Part shown: piece by piece, positions 47,450-57,189 of the stretch
Layout: the number at the start of each line of letters is the position of its first letter
Numbering within the stretch: position 1 is the stretch's first letter
Assembly (NCBI GenBank): GCA_934167095.1
Contig: CAKPKE010000004.1
Location: 7,033 to 71,032, forward strand
Source of the DNA: an uncultured Clostridia bacterium
GTDB taxonomy: Bacteria; Bacillota; Clostridia; TANB77; CAG-508
DNA length: 64,000 nucleotides
Reading direction: 5' to 3'
Program-made: the position numbers and the translations under genes
The notes under the pieces: generated by a model
What the model was told of the DNA's origin: nothing
Database searches by the model: none
What the model saw: the letters and a program-made list of their open reading frames with translations, nothing else

Positions 47450-48709
47450 ATGAAAAAATTAAAAATTATATTTATATTATTAATAACTGTAAGTTCACTA
47501 GTATCCACAGTTTGTGCAGATGATGTGGATAATGAAGTCGAAAATGATATAGAAAATCAAATAGTAGAAGCATCAGCTCAAGTTCAAAATTTTCCAGATA
47601 TTAATTCAAGAAGATATGTTGTTTTTGATAGAACATCAAAGCAAGTATTGTTTGGAAAAAATGAAAATATAAAAGGTGCGATGGCATCTACAACAAAAAT
47701 AATGACTGCAATTGTAGTATTAGAAAATGCTAATTTAGATGAAGAAGTACAAGTAAGTGCAAAATCTGCTGGGACAGGAGGCTCAAGGCTAGAGCTAAAA
47801 ACAGGAGATAAAATTACAATTAATAATTTACTTTATGGATTAATGCTAAGGTCTGGAAATGATGCAGCAGTAGCTCTTGCTGAAAGTGTAGGAGGTAGTG
47901 TTTCAGGTTTTGCAGATATGATGAATGAAAAGGCAAAAGAACTAAATCTTACTTCAACACATTTTGTAACACCTCATGGATTAGATAATAGTGAGCATTA
48001 TACAACGGCAGTTGAGCTTGCAAAAATAGCAGATTATGCAATGGAAAATGAAATGTTTTGCAAGATTGTTGGTACAAAAATCGCAACAATTTATATAAAC
48101 GGATACGAAAAGCAAATCGCAAATACTAATGAATTATTAGGAAATTTAAATGGTGTTGTTGGCATAAAAACAGGCTTTACAAATAATGCAGGAAGATGTT
48201 TGGTAACTGAAACTAAAAGAGGAGATATGGACATAATTGTGGTTGTTCTTGGTGCTGATACAAAAAAGTTTAGAACACAAGATAGCGTAAAATTAATAGA
48301 ATATACTTATTCAAATTATGAAATGGTGGATGTTGAAAATTTAATAAAAAACGAATTTGAAAATTGGAAAAATATAAATTTGAAGAGAATAAAAATAATA
48401 AAAGGAAAATCTAATATAATAAATTTAAGATTATCTGAAATTGAAATAAAGCAAATGGCAATTAACAAAAGTGACATAGATAAAATTAAGTTTGAAACAA
48501 ATTGCATGACAATGTTAGATGCCCCAATTAATGAAAATACTAAGATGGGAACAATGCAAATATCTCTAAACGGAAAAATAATTGAATCAGTAGACCTTTT
48601 AACAAATGAGGAAATAACTAAAAAAGAATGGAAAGACTATTTTAAAGAACTGCTAAAAATATTTAGAGTTCAAACGAACTATTTTGAAGCAATAAATTTA
48701 GGGTTATGA
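47450..48709 (+). CDS. D-alanyl-D-alanine carboxypeptidase (S11, PBP5/DacB-DacF type)
   Basis: Signal peptide. SxxK (MASTTKIMTA), SxN (RSGNDAA), KTG (IKTGFTNNAG). C-terminal PBP5_C-like domain. Confidence 0.9.
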   Translation: MKKLKIIFILLITVSSLVSTVCADDVDNEVENDIENQIVEASAQVQNFPDINSRRYVVFDRTSKQVLFGKNENIKGAMASTTKIMTAIVVLENANLDEEVQVSAKSAGTGGSRLELKTGDKITINNLLYGLMLRSGNDAAVALAESVGGSVSGFADMMNEKAKELNLTSTHFVTPHGLDNSEHYTTAVELAKIADYAMENEMFCKIVGTKIATIYINGYEKQIANTNELLGNLNGVVGIKTGFTNNAGRCLVTETKRGDMDIIVVVLGADTKKFRTQDSVKLIEYTYSNYEMVDVENLIKNEFENWKNINLKRIKIIKGKSNIINLRLSEIEIKQMAINKSDIDKIKFETNCMTMLDAPINENTKMGTMQISLNGKIIESVDLLTNEEITKKEWKDYFKELLKIFRVQTNYFEAINLGL

Positions 48710-48732
48710 CAGAATATATTGTGCCGATTTGA

Positions 48733-48873
48733 AAAAATGTGATTCTTTTATGTTAAAACGTTGCAAAAATGTGATAAAAATATTAAAAAAGCTTGCAAAA
48801 ATGTGATGAAAACGTCAAAAAAATCTGCAAAAATGTGATAAAAGAGCCGAAAAACTTTACAAAAATGTGATTT
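48733..48873. repeat. Iteron-like array: five direct repeats of (T)GCAAAAATGTGAT at an exact 32-bp period
   Basis: AAAAATGTGAT starts at 48733, 48765, 48797, 48829 and 48861. The 16-18 nt between the cores are not conserved. Confidence 0.9.
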
Positions 48874-49160
48874 AGATGAATTTTTAAATCTGTATCCAAT
48901 GAAAATAATGATAATGAAATATCTATAAGATTTTCTAATAATAATCTTTGCAAAGATGGAAAAATAATTAACATTCCATTATTTATGATAGAAAATATTG
49001 AAAAATTTATTTAAATAGGATAGTAAAAAATTAAATGCAATTCTGTAAAGTAAATGTAAGTTGTATGAGAAAAAGCAAGTTTTTTAAGCAAAATAATACT
49101 TATAAACTTGTTTTTTCAATTGACTTAAATTTATTTTATGGAATTTATTTAGTTATAAAA

Positions 49161-49206
49161 TTGACAATTATACCGATTTTGTATATAATATAGGTATGAT
49201 TGTCAA
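49161..49206 (+). promoter_or_regulatory. abiE promoter with overlapping inverted-repeat operator
   Basis: TTGACA (49161-66), 17 nt spacer, TATAAT (49184-89). The inverted repeat TTGACAATTATACC (49161-74) / GGTATGATTGTCAA (49193-206), 13 of 14 complementary, brackets the -10. Confidence 0.65.
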
Positions 49207-49225
49207 AAAAAGAGGGTGATTTTTA

Positions 49226-49807
49226 ATGGATAATATAGAAAAAATTAAAGAGTTAGTAAAAAATAATAATGGTATATTATTAGTAAAAGATGCACAAAAA
49301 AATAATATTCATAGACAATATATAAAACAATTAGAAGAAAAAGGATATTTGAAAAAAGTGTCAAAAGGAGTGTATGTAGAAAAAGATAAAGAAATAAATG
49401 AATTTTTTATCTTAGGACAAAAATATAAAAAAGGAATTTTTTCACATAATACAGCATTATATTTCTATAATCTAACAGATAGAACACCAATAAAAATAGA
49501 TATGACATTTCCAAGCTATATAACTGTACATGATAAATCTATAAATGTTCATTATATAAAAAAAGAAAAGCATCTTCTAGGATTAAAAGAAATGAAATTA
49601 CAAGATGGAACAACAATACAAATATATGATATGGAAAGAACGATATGTGATATTATTAGAGATAGAAATAAGATAGATCCACAAATATTTAATGATGCTA
49701 TAAAAGGATACATTAAGAAAAAAGAAAAAAATCTTATTTTACTATATGAATATGCAGAAGAATTTAAAATACAAAATATATTGAGGAATTATATGGAGGT
49801 GCTATAA
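49226..49807 (+). CDS. abiEi: AbiEi-family antitoxin / transcriptional regulator (type IV TA)
   Basis: AGAGGGTG RBS. N-terminal winged-helix pattern ..NNNGILLVKDAQKNNIHRQYIKQLEEKGYLKKVSKGVYV.. typical of AbiEi. Sits immediately upstream of AbiEii. Confidence 0.8.
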   Translation: MDNIEKIKELVKNNNGILLVKDAQKNNIHRQYIKQLEEKGYLKKVSKGVYVEKDKEINEFFILGQKYKKGIFSHNTALYFYNLTDRTPIKIDMTFPSYITVHDKSINVHYIKKEKHLLGLKEMKLQDGTTIQIYDMERTICDIIRDRNKIDPQIFNDAIKGYIKKKEKNLILLYEYAEEFKIQNILRNYMEVL

Positions 49808-50653
49808 TTGAAAAGAAATACAATGAGCTTTAAAGCTGTAATAAATAATATGGCTAAAGAAAATAATGTAGCAGCACAATCAGTTTTGCAAACATATATG
49901 TTAGAAAGATTATTAGAAAGAATATCAATTTCAAAATATAAAGATAATTTTATATTAAAGGGAGGAATGTTAATATCTGCAATGCTTGGAATTGATAGCA
50001 GAACTACAATGGACATGGATACAACAATAAAAGGCCTTCCATTAACAAAAGATAATATTACCAATATTATGGAAGAAATATGTAATATAGAAATTGACGA
50101 CAATGTGACGTTAAAAATTAACAAGGTTGAATTAATTAGAGAAGATGATGACTATGGTGGGTATAGAATTACATTTGAAGCAAAATATAATAATGAAATG
50201 CCAGTTACAATGAAAATAGATATTACAACAGGAGACAAAATTACATATAAAGAAATTGAGTATAATTTTACATTAATGTTAGAAGATAGAAAAATACAAA
50301 TATGGTCATATAATGTAGAAACTATAATTGCTGAAAAATTTGAAGCTATTGTAAAAAGAGGAGTGCTTTCAACAAGAATTAGGGATTATTATGATGTCTA
50401 TATGCTTGTAAGGACTCAAAGCAAAATTATTGATGAAAAAACATTAAAAGATGCGATAATTTTAACAGCACAACATAGAGGAACAAGTGAAATAATAAAA
50501 GAGTGGAAGAAGATAGTGGAGAAAATTGCAAATGATAGTGAAATGCAACAACAATGGAAAAGATATCAAAAAAATAATTTTTATGCTGAAGAAATAGAAT
50601 ATAAAGACTTAATAAATGCTATAAGTAAAGTAGGAGAAATATTTGATAATTAA
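49808..50653 (+). CDS. abiEii: AbiEii/AbiGii-family nucleotidyltransferase toxin (DUF1814)
   Basis: TTG 49808 behind GGAGGTG (alternative ATG 49823). ..LQTYMLERLLERISISKYKDNFILKGGMLI..SRTTMDMDTT.. NTase motif. Confidence 0.8.
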   Translation: MKRNTMSFKAVINNMAKENNVAAQSVLQTYMLERLLERISISKYKDNFILKGGMLISAMLGIDSRTTMDMDTTIKGLPLTKDNITNIMEEICNIEIDDNVTLKINKVELIREDDDYGGYRITFEAKYNNEMPVTMKIDITTGDKITYKEIEYNFTLMLEDRKIQIWSYNVETIIAEKFEAIVKRGVLSTRIRDYYDVYMLVRTQSKIIDEKTLKDAIILTAQHRGTSEIIKEWKKIVEKIANDSEMQQQWKRYQKNNFYAEEIEYKDLINAISKVGEIFDN

Positions 50654-50768
50654 TATTTTTTAAATTAAAATAACTAATCGAGTAGTAACTTTTTTTATGT
50701 AGTTAAAATTTTGGAAATCTGTATGATATAAAAGTAGCATAAAAAATGGAGAAATGTTGATAAATGCG

Positions 50769-50797
50769 TTGACTTTAGGGAAAATGCATGATAAAAT
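50769..50797 (+). promoter_or_regulatory. SigA-type promoter of the str operon
   Basis: TTGACT (50769-74), 17 nt spacer, TAAAAT (50792-97), with TG two bases upstream of the -10. Confidence 0.55.
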
Positions 50798-50873
50798 ATA
50801 GAGGCTAATAAAATAGGCTCTATATTTTTGAGCTTTATAAAGTTAGTAATTTATTTTAGGAGGTGAAATTTAA

Positions 50874-51287
50874 GTGCCAACAATTAATCAATTAGTAAGA
50901 AAAGGAAGAAAAACAACTACAACAAAATCTACATCACCAGCTCTTCAACATGGATACAATTCTATGAAGAAAAAGCAAACTGATAAAAGATCTCCACAAA
51001 AAAGAGGAGTATGTACAGTAGTTAAAACTGTTACACCTAAGAAGCCAAACTCAGCTTTAAGAAAAGTAGCCAGAGTTAAGTTATCAAACGGATACGAAGT
51101 AACATCTTATATTCCAGGAATCGGACACAACTTACAAGAGCACAGCGTTGTTCTAATAAGAGGTGGAAGAGTAAAAGACCTTCCAGGTGTTAGATACCAC
51201 ATTATAAGAGGAACTCTTGATACTGCAGGTGTTAAAGACAGAATGCAAGCTAGATCTAAGTATGGAGCTAAACGCCCTAAGAAATAA
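50874..51287 (+). CDS. rpsL: 30S ribosomal protein S12
   Basis: GTG start behind [68 protein letters not shown]. Confidence 0.97.
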   Translation: MPTINQLVRKGRKTTTTKSTSPALQHGYNSMKKKQTDKRSPQKRGVCTVVKTVTPKKPNSALRKVARVKLSNGYEVTSYIPGIGHNLQEHSVVLIRGGRVKDLPGVRYHIIRGTLDTAGVKDRMQARSKYGAKRPKK

Positions 51288-51415
51288 AATTTGAACTTAT
51301 AAACATCGTCTTGCGTCGTTAGTCATCACTTAAAAAATGCTCAATGTACCAAGCGTACATTTCCGCTTTTTTAGTTCGACTGCCTTGCAATACTTGCTTC
51401 TAAATTCAAATTTGG
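51287..51415 (+). repeat. Structured intergenic repeat, copy A (after rpsL)
   Basis: The closing helix AAATTTGAA (51287-95, overlapping the rpsL stop) / TTCAAATTT (51405-13) encloses an A-run/hairpin/T-run (51332-72, inner stem ATGTAC/GTACAT). About two-thirds identical to 52078-52205. Confidence 0.7.
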
Positions 51416-51615
51416 TTAGTATAAATTAACCAAATTCAATAACTTAGATTACACAAAAAGAGTGCATATAGCTTACTAGTTTGAGTTGAAACTTAAATTT
51501 AAGATATATAGCACTAAACGAAAGAGTTTGAGAATAATAGTATTAAACTTTTTAGAGTACCGTTAGATACTTTGGCAAAAAATAAAGTATCAAATTTAAT
51601 AAGGAGGGAAGAATA

Positions 51616-52086
51616 GTGCCAAGAAAAGGATATATAGCAAAAAGAGAAGTATTACCAGATCCAATTTACAATAGCAAAGTTGTTACAAAATTAATAAACA
51701 ACGTAATGCTTGATGGTAAGAAAACAGTTGCTCAAAAAATAGTTTATGATGCATTTGATATCATAAAAGAAAAAGAGCAAAAAAATCCACTAGAAGTATT
51801 TGAAGAAGCACTTAACAACGTAATGCCAGTTCTAGAAGTTAAAGCTAGAAGAATTGGTGGTGCTACATACCAAGTACCATTAGAAATAAGACCAGAAAGA
51901 AGACAAACATTAGGACTAAGATGGTTAGTTACATATGCTAGAAATAGACATGAAAAAACTATGGCTGAAAAACTAGCTGGAGAAATAATGGATGCAGTTG
52001 CTGGAAACGGTGGAGCTTTCAAGAAGAAAGAAGATATGCATAAGATGGCTGAAGCAAATAAGGCTTTCGCTCACTATAAATTTTAA
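51616..52086 (+). CDS. rpsG: 30S ribosomal protein S7
   Basis: GTG start behind [54 protein letters not shown]. Confidence 0.97.
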   Translation: MPRKGYIAKREVLPDPIYNSKVVTKLINNVMLDGKKTVAQKIVYDAFDIIKEKEQKNPLEVFEEALNNVMPVLEVKARRIGGATYQVPLEIRPERRQTLGLRWLVTYARNRHEKTMAEKLAGEIMDAVAGNGGAFKKKEDMHKMAEANKAFAHYKF

Positions 52087-52205
52087 TTATAAGCTACGTC
52101 TAACATCGTTAACCTTCATCTAAAAATTTCCTCGACGTACACCAGTACGTTTCCGGAATTTTTGATTTGGTTGCCTTGTTATACTTGCTTCTAATCAAAA
52201 TTTGG
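52078..52205 (+). repeat. Structured intergenic repeat, copy B (after rpsG)
   Basis: The closing helix AAATTTTAATTATAAGC (52078-94, overlapping the rpsG stop) / GCTTCTAATCAAAATTT (52187-203) encloses an A-run/hairpin/T-run (52122-63, inner stem ACGTAC/GTACGT). Confidence 0.7.
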
Positions 52206-52238
52206 AAATAAATTAAATTTAGAAAGGGAGAAAAAAGT

Positions 52239-54329
52239 ATGGCCCAAAATGGAAGAGAGTTTCCTTTAGAGAAAACAAGAAATATAGGAATAATGGCCCA
52301 TATAGATGCAGGAAAAACAACTACAACTGAGAGAATACTTTTTTACACAGGAAGAACACACAAAATAGGTGAGGTTCATGATGGTGCTGCTACAATGGAC
52401 TGGATGGTTCAAGAGCAAGAAAGAGGTATAACAATTACATCTGCTGCTACAACATGCCACTGGTTAGGTAATAGAATAAACATTATCGATACTCCAGGAC
52501 ACGTTGACTTTACAGTAGAAGTTGAAAGATCTCTAAGAGTACTAGATGGTTCAGTTTTAGTATTAGCTGCAAAAGGTGGAGTTCAACCACAATCTGAAAC
52601 TGTTTGGAGACAAGCAGATAAGTACCAAGTACCAAGAATGGCATATGTAAACAAAATGGATATTACAGGTGCTGATTTCTATGGATGTGTTGAACAAATA
52701 AAATCAAGATTAGGTGCTAATCCAGTTCCAGTTCAATTACCAATTGGAGCAGAAGATAACTTCCAAGGAATAGTAGACTTAATTAAGATGAGAGCTTTCA
52801 TTCATAAAGACGATTTAGGAAAAGAAATTGAAGAATGTGATATTCCTGAAGATATGAAAGCAGATGCTGAAAAGTATAGATCAGAAATGATTGAAGCTGC
52901 AGCAGAACAAGATGATGAATTAATGATGAAATACTTAGATGGTGAAGAACTAACAGCTGATGAAATCAAAGCTGGTCTAAGAAAAGGAACAATAGCTAAC
53001 ACTTTAGTTCCAGTAACATGTGGTTCATCATACAAGAATAAAGGTGTTCAAGAATTATTAAATGCTATAGTTGATTATATGCCATCACCACTTGATATAC
53101 CAGCTATAAAAGGTGTTGATGAAGACGGTAATGAAGTAGAAAGCAAGACAGATGATAATGAACCATTTGCTGCTTTAGCATTCAAAATAATGACAGACCC
53201 TTATGTTGGAAAACTATGTTTCTTCAGAGTTTATTCAGGAACTTGTGAAACAGGTACAACAATATTAAATGCTACAAAGGCAAAGAAAGACAGAATAGGA
53301 AGAATCCTATTAATGCATGCTAACCATAGACAAGATATAGATAAGGTTTATGCTGGAGATATAGCTGCAGCTGTTGGACTAAAAGATGTTTCAACAGGTG
53401 ATACATTATGTGATCCAGAACACCCAGTAATACTTGAATCTATGGAATTCCCAGAGCCAGTTATCGATATAGCTATAGAGCCAAAAGATAAGGCTAATGG
53501 AGAAAAAATGGGAATCGCTTTAGCAAAACTTGCTGAAGAAGATCCAACATTCAAAACATGGACAGATCAAGAATCTGGACAAACAATTATAGCAGGAATG
53601 GGTGAGCTTCACCTAGATATAATCGTTGACAGATTAAAGAGAGAGTTCAAAGTTGAATGTACAGTAGGTAAACCACAAGTTTCTTACAAAGAAACAATTA
53701 GAAATAAAGTAAGAGTTCAAGGTAAATTCGTTCGTCAATCAGGTGGACATGGACAATATGGTGATGTTTGGTTTGAAATGGAACCATTAGAGCCAGGTTC
53801 AGGAGTTCAATTCGAAAGCAAGATTGTCGGAGGAGCTGTTCCAAAAGAATTCATTAAACCTACTGAAGAAGGTATGAGAGAAGCTGCAATGAGCGGTATA
53901 CTTGCTGGTTACCCAGTTATAGACTTCAAAGCAACTTTAGTTGATGGTTCATACCATGATGTTGACTCATCAGAAATGGCCTTCAAGATTGCTGCATCAA
54001 TGGCATTCAAAGAGGGATGTAAACAAGCTAAATCTGTTATACTAGAGCCTATCATGAGAGTTGAAATAACAGTTCCAGAAGAATACATGGGAGATGTTAT
54101 TGGAGATATAAATGCTAGACGTGGTAGAATGGAAGGAATGGAAGCAAGAAGTGGTAACCAAATAATAAGAGGATTTATTCCACTTTCAGAAATGTTTGGT
54201 TATGCAACAGACTTACGTTCAAAAACACAAGGAAGAGGAACATACTCAATGGAACCAAGCCATTACGAAGAAGTTCCAAAATCAGTGTTTGAGCAAATTG
54301 TTGCTTCAAGAGCTAAAAAATCTGAGTAA
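52239..54329 (+). CDS. fusA: Elongation factor G
   Basis: [32 protein letters not shown]. Full-length EF-G colinearity. Confidence 0.97.
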   Translation: MAQNGREFPLEKTRNIGIMAHIDAGKTTTTERILFYTGRTHKIGEVHDGAATMDWMVQEQERGITITSAATTCHWLGNRINIIDTPGHVDFTVEVERSLRVLDGSVLVLAAKGGVQPQSETVWRQADKYQVPRMAYVNKMDITGADFYGCVEQIKSRLGANPVPVQLPIGAEDNFQGIVDLIKMRAFIHKDDLGKEIEECDIPEDMKADAEKYRSEMIEAAAEQDDELMMKYLDGEELTADEIKAGLRKGTIANTLVPVTCGSSYKNKGVQELLNAIVDYMPSPLDIPAIKGVDEDGNEVESKTDDNEPFAALAFKIMTDPYVGKLCFFRVYSGTCETGTTILNATKAKKDRIGRILLMHANHRQDIDKVYAGDIAAAVGLKDVSTGDTLCDPEHPVILESMEFPEPVIDIAIEPKDKANGEKMGIALAKLAEEDPTFKTWTDQESGQTIIAGMGELHLDIIVDRLKREFKVECTVGKPQVSYKETIRNKVRVQGKFVRQSGGHGQYGDVWFEMEPLEPGSGVQFESKIVGGAVPKEFIKPTEEGMREAAMSGILAGYPVIDFKATLVDGSYHDVDSSEMAFKIAASMAFKEGCKQAKSVILEPIMRVEITVPEEYMGDVIGDINARRGRMEGMEARSGNQIIRGFIPLSEMFGYATDLRSKTQGRGTYSMEPSHYEEVPKSVFEQIVASRAKKSE

Positions 54330-54486
54330 AAACATCATATTTGCAAGAAACTCTTGCAAAAAATGAAAAAATATTATAAAATGCAAGAAAATAATAACTA
54401 AGTTTATTAAATTAAAAAAATATAAGAAGAAAAGGCTTAAGTAAAACTTGAGCCCTCAACTTCAAAATTTAAGGAGGAATTAAAAA

Positions 54487-55686
54487 ATGGCAAAGGAAAA
54501 ATTTGTTAGATCAAAGCCACACGTTAACATTGGTACAATCGGACACGTTGACCATGGTAAAACAACAACAACAGCAGCTATTACAAAATACCTAAGTTTA
54601 TTAGGACAAGCTAAATTTGAAGCATACGATCAAATCGATGGTGCTCCAGAAGAAAAAGCAAGAGGAATCACAATTAACACAGCTCACGTTGAATATGAAA
54701 CAGCAAACAGACATTATGCTCACGTTGACTGCCCAGGACACGCAGATTACGTAAAGAACATGATAACAGGTGCTGCTCAAATGGATGGTGCTATATTAGT
54801 TGTTTCTGCAGCTGATGGACCAATGCCTCAAACAAGAGAGCATATATTACTTGCAAGACAAGTTGGTGTTAAATATATCGTTGTTTACTTAAATAAATGC
54901 GATATGGTTGACGATCCAGAATTATTAGAATTAGTTGAAATGGAAGTTAGAGACTTATTAACAGAATATGGTTTCCCAGGAGACGAAATTCCAGTTGTAA
55001 AAGGATCTTCATTAAAAGTACTAGAAAGTACATCAACAGATCCAAATGCACCAGAATATCAATGCATGAAAGAATTAATGGATGCAGTTGATAGCTATAT
55101 CCCAACACCAGAAAGACCAATAGACCAACCATTCTTAATGCCTATTGAAGACGTTATGACAATAACAGGTCGTGGTACAGTTGTTACAGGAAGAGTAGAA
55201 AGAGGAGAAGTTAAACTACAAGACGAAGTTGAAATAGTTGGTATCAAACCTTCTACAAAAACTGTTGTAACAGGTGTTGAAATGTTCAGAAAACTTCTTG
55301 ACCAAGCAGAAGCTGGTGATAACATCGGTGTTCTATTAAGAGGTGTTCAAAGAACAGACGTTGAAAGAGGACAAGTTCTTGCAAAACCAGGATCAATACA
55401 TCCTCATACAAAATTCAAATCACAAGTATACGTTCTAACTAAAGATGAAGGTGGACGTCATACACCATTCTTCAATGGTTACAGACCACAATTCTACTTT
55501 AGAACAACAGACGTTACAGGTGTTATTGAATTAGACGCTGGAACAGAAATGGTTATGCCAGGAGATAACGTTAACATGACAATCGAATTAATCACACCAA
55601 TCGCTATCGAAAAAGGACTAAGATTCGCTATCCGTGAAGGTGGTAGAACAGTTGGTTCAGGTGTTGTTTCTGATATAATTGAATAA
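54487..55686 (+). CDS. tuf: Elongation factor Tu
   Basis: [30 protein letters not shown]-equivalent SSLKVL. Full-length EF-Tu. Confidence 0.97.
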   Translation: MAKEKFVRSKPHVNIGTIGHVDHGKTTTTAAITKYLSLLGQAKFEAYDQIDGAPEEKARGITINTAHVEYETANRHYAHVDCPGHADYVKNMITGAAQMDGAILVVSAADGPMPQTREHILLARQVGVKYIVVYLNKCDMVDDPELLELVEMEVRDLLTEYGFPGDEIPVVKGSSLKVLESTSTDPNAPEYQCMKELMDAVDSYIPTPERPIDQPFLMPIEDVMTITGRGTVVTGRVERGEVKLQDEVEIVGIKPSTKTVVTGVEMFRKLLDQAEAGDNIGVLLRGVQRTDVERGQVLAKPGSIHPHTKFKSQVYVLTKDEGGRHTPFFNGYRPQFYFRTTDVTGVIELDAGTEMVMPGDNVNMTIELITPIAIEKGLRFAIREGGRTVGSGVVSDIIE

Positions 55687-55707
55687 TTATTAAATGAAAT
55701 ATAAAAA

Positions 55708-55747
55708 AACAAGGGGTTACAAGTTATTGTAATACCTTGTTTTTTTA
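55708..55747 (+). terminator. Rho-independent terminator after tuf
   Basis: AACAAGGGGTTAC / GTAATACCTTGTT stem with an internal 2-nt mismatch, then TTTTTTT. Confidence 0.8.
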
Positions 55748-55841
55748 TTTATATAAATTCTTATTGACTTTTGTGCCAGTTCATTATATACTTTAACTGC
55801 TAATAAACTAAAGAACTAAACAAAGTTTATAGGAGAAATAC

Positions 55842-57152
55842 ATGAAAAGAAAATTAATATTAGTAAACATTATAATAGCTGGTGCAATTTTACTTCTTAC
55901 AACTAAGGTAAATGCAGCAACTGCAACAGTAACAACAGAAACACTAAATTTAAGAGAAAAAGCAGATACTTCATCTAATGTATTAGAACTTTTAAATGCA
56001 GATGAAAAGCTAGAAATAATTTCAGAAGAAGGTTCATGGTACAAGGTAAAGCATGGAAATAATACAGGATATGTAAGTAAGGACTATGTTAAAGTATCTG
56101 GAACAGTTGATAGTAACACAAAAAATAATGATGATACAACAACGACAACTGAAACAAATAAAGATTCTAACAATACTACACCAACATCTGATTTTTCAAA
56201 TGTTAATGTAGGTGATAAAATAACAATAAGATCTAATACAAAAGTAAGAATATTACCATTAATAAATTCTCAAACACTTACAGAACTTACAAGTGATACT
56301 GAGGCAGAGGTAATATCAATAACAAATAATTGGATTTTTGTATCATTAAATACAATTACAGGTTGGATTCCAAAAACTAGTGGAACATCTATAACTCCAA
56401 ATACAGAAAACTCAAATACAGGTTTAACAACAGGAGCAGAAGAAACTACTACAAATAATGAAGAAACAAAAACTGAAGCAAAGCCTGAAACAAATCAAAC
56501 AAATACAACAAATTATTCAGAATCAAAAACAAAATATGTAAATGTAAATTCAGCATATATAAGAAGTGAAGCTTCAACATCAAGTTCAATTGTAACAACA
56601 TTAATTAAAGACACTGATGTAAAAGTTACAGGAGAAAGTGGTGACTGGTACAAAATAGAATATAGTTCATATTCTGGATATATGTACAAAGAACTATTAT
56701 CAGATAGCAAGTCTGGTACAACAAACAGAAGTGGTGATACTCTTACAAGAGTAAGCTTGGAAAGTACAAAATCAACCGCAGGTGATGAAATTGTAAGTTA
56801 TGCAAAACAATATTTAGGATGTAGTTATGTATATGGTGGTTCAGGACCAAGTACATTTGATTGTTCTGGATTCACAATGTATGTATATAAACATTTTGGA
56901 TATTCACTTTCACATTCTGCAACAGCCCAATCTTATGAAGGAACAGCAGTAGCAAAAGAAGATTTACAACCAGGGGATTTAGTATTCTTCTCAGACTACC
57001 AAACACTAGAAGGAATTGGACATTGTGGAATATATATAGGAGACGGAGAATTTATACATGCTTCTTCTGGAAGTGGATATTGTGTAAAAATTTCAAACTT
57101 ATTATCAGGAAGTTACAATACAAGATATGTAACAGCAAGAAGACTAATATAG
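55842..57152 (+). CDS. Secreted NlpC/P60 (C40) cell-wall peptidase with three SH3b domains
   Basis: Signal peptide. SH3_3 repeats (LNLREKADTSSNVL..GSWYKVKHGNNTGYV, and YIRSEASTSSSIV..GDWYKIEYSSYSGYM). Catalytic FDCSGFTMYVY..GHCGIYIGDGEFIHAS. Confidence 0.88.
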   Translation: MKRKLILVNIIIAGAILLLTTKVNAATATVTTETLNLREKADTSSNVLELLNADEKLEIISEEGSWYKVKHGNNTGYVSKDYVKVSGTVDSNTKNNDDTTTTTETNKDSNNTTPTSDFSNVNVGDKITIRSNTKVRILPLINSQTLTELTSDTEAEVISITNNWIFVSLNTITGWIPKTSGTSITPNTENSNTGLTTGAEETTTNNEETKTEAKPETNQTNTTNYSESKTKYVNVNSAYIRSEASTSSSIVTTLIKDTDVKVTGESGDWYKIEYSSYSGYMYKELLSDSKSGTTNRSGDTLTRVSLESTKSTAGDEIVSYAKQYLGCSYVYGGSGPSTFDCSGFTMYVYKHFGYSLSHSATAQSYEGTAVAKEDLQPGDLVFFSDYQTLEGIGHCGIYIGDGEFIHASSGSGYCVKISNLLSGSYNTRYVTARRLI

Positions 57153-57189
57153 AAATTAAATAAAATAAGGCAGAATAGAAAGGGAGAAA

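Noticed and set aside
48733-48873. 32-bp periodic repeats considered as a CRISPR array
   Set aside because: The conserved core is only about 13-15 nt and the 'spacers' about 17 nt, both well below CRISPR repeat and spacer sizes. There are no cas genes and no repeat palindromicity.
48733-48873. Repeats considered as CRP/FNR-type sites or DnaA boxes
   Set aside because: AAATGTGAT matches only one CRP half-site and no inverted TCACA partner follows. The reverse complement TTATCACA lacks a base relative to the DnaA box TTATCCACA. I kept the array as a generic iteron-like array instead.
48783-48974. 63-aa minus-strand ORF across the 32-bp repeat array
   Set aside because: Its sequence (..ITFLQIF..HFCKLF, HIFVKFF) simply reflects translation of the DNA repeats. 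It has no RBS and no family resemblance.
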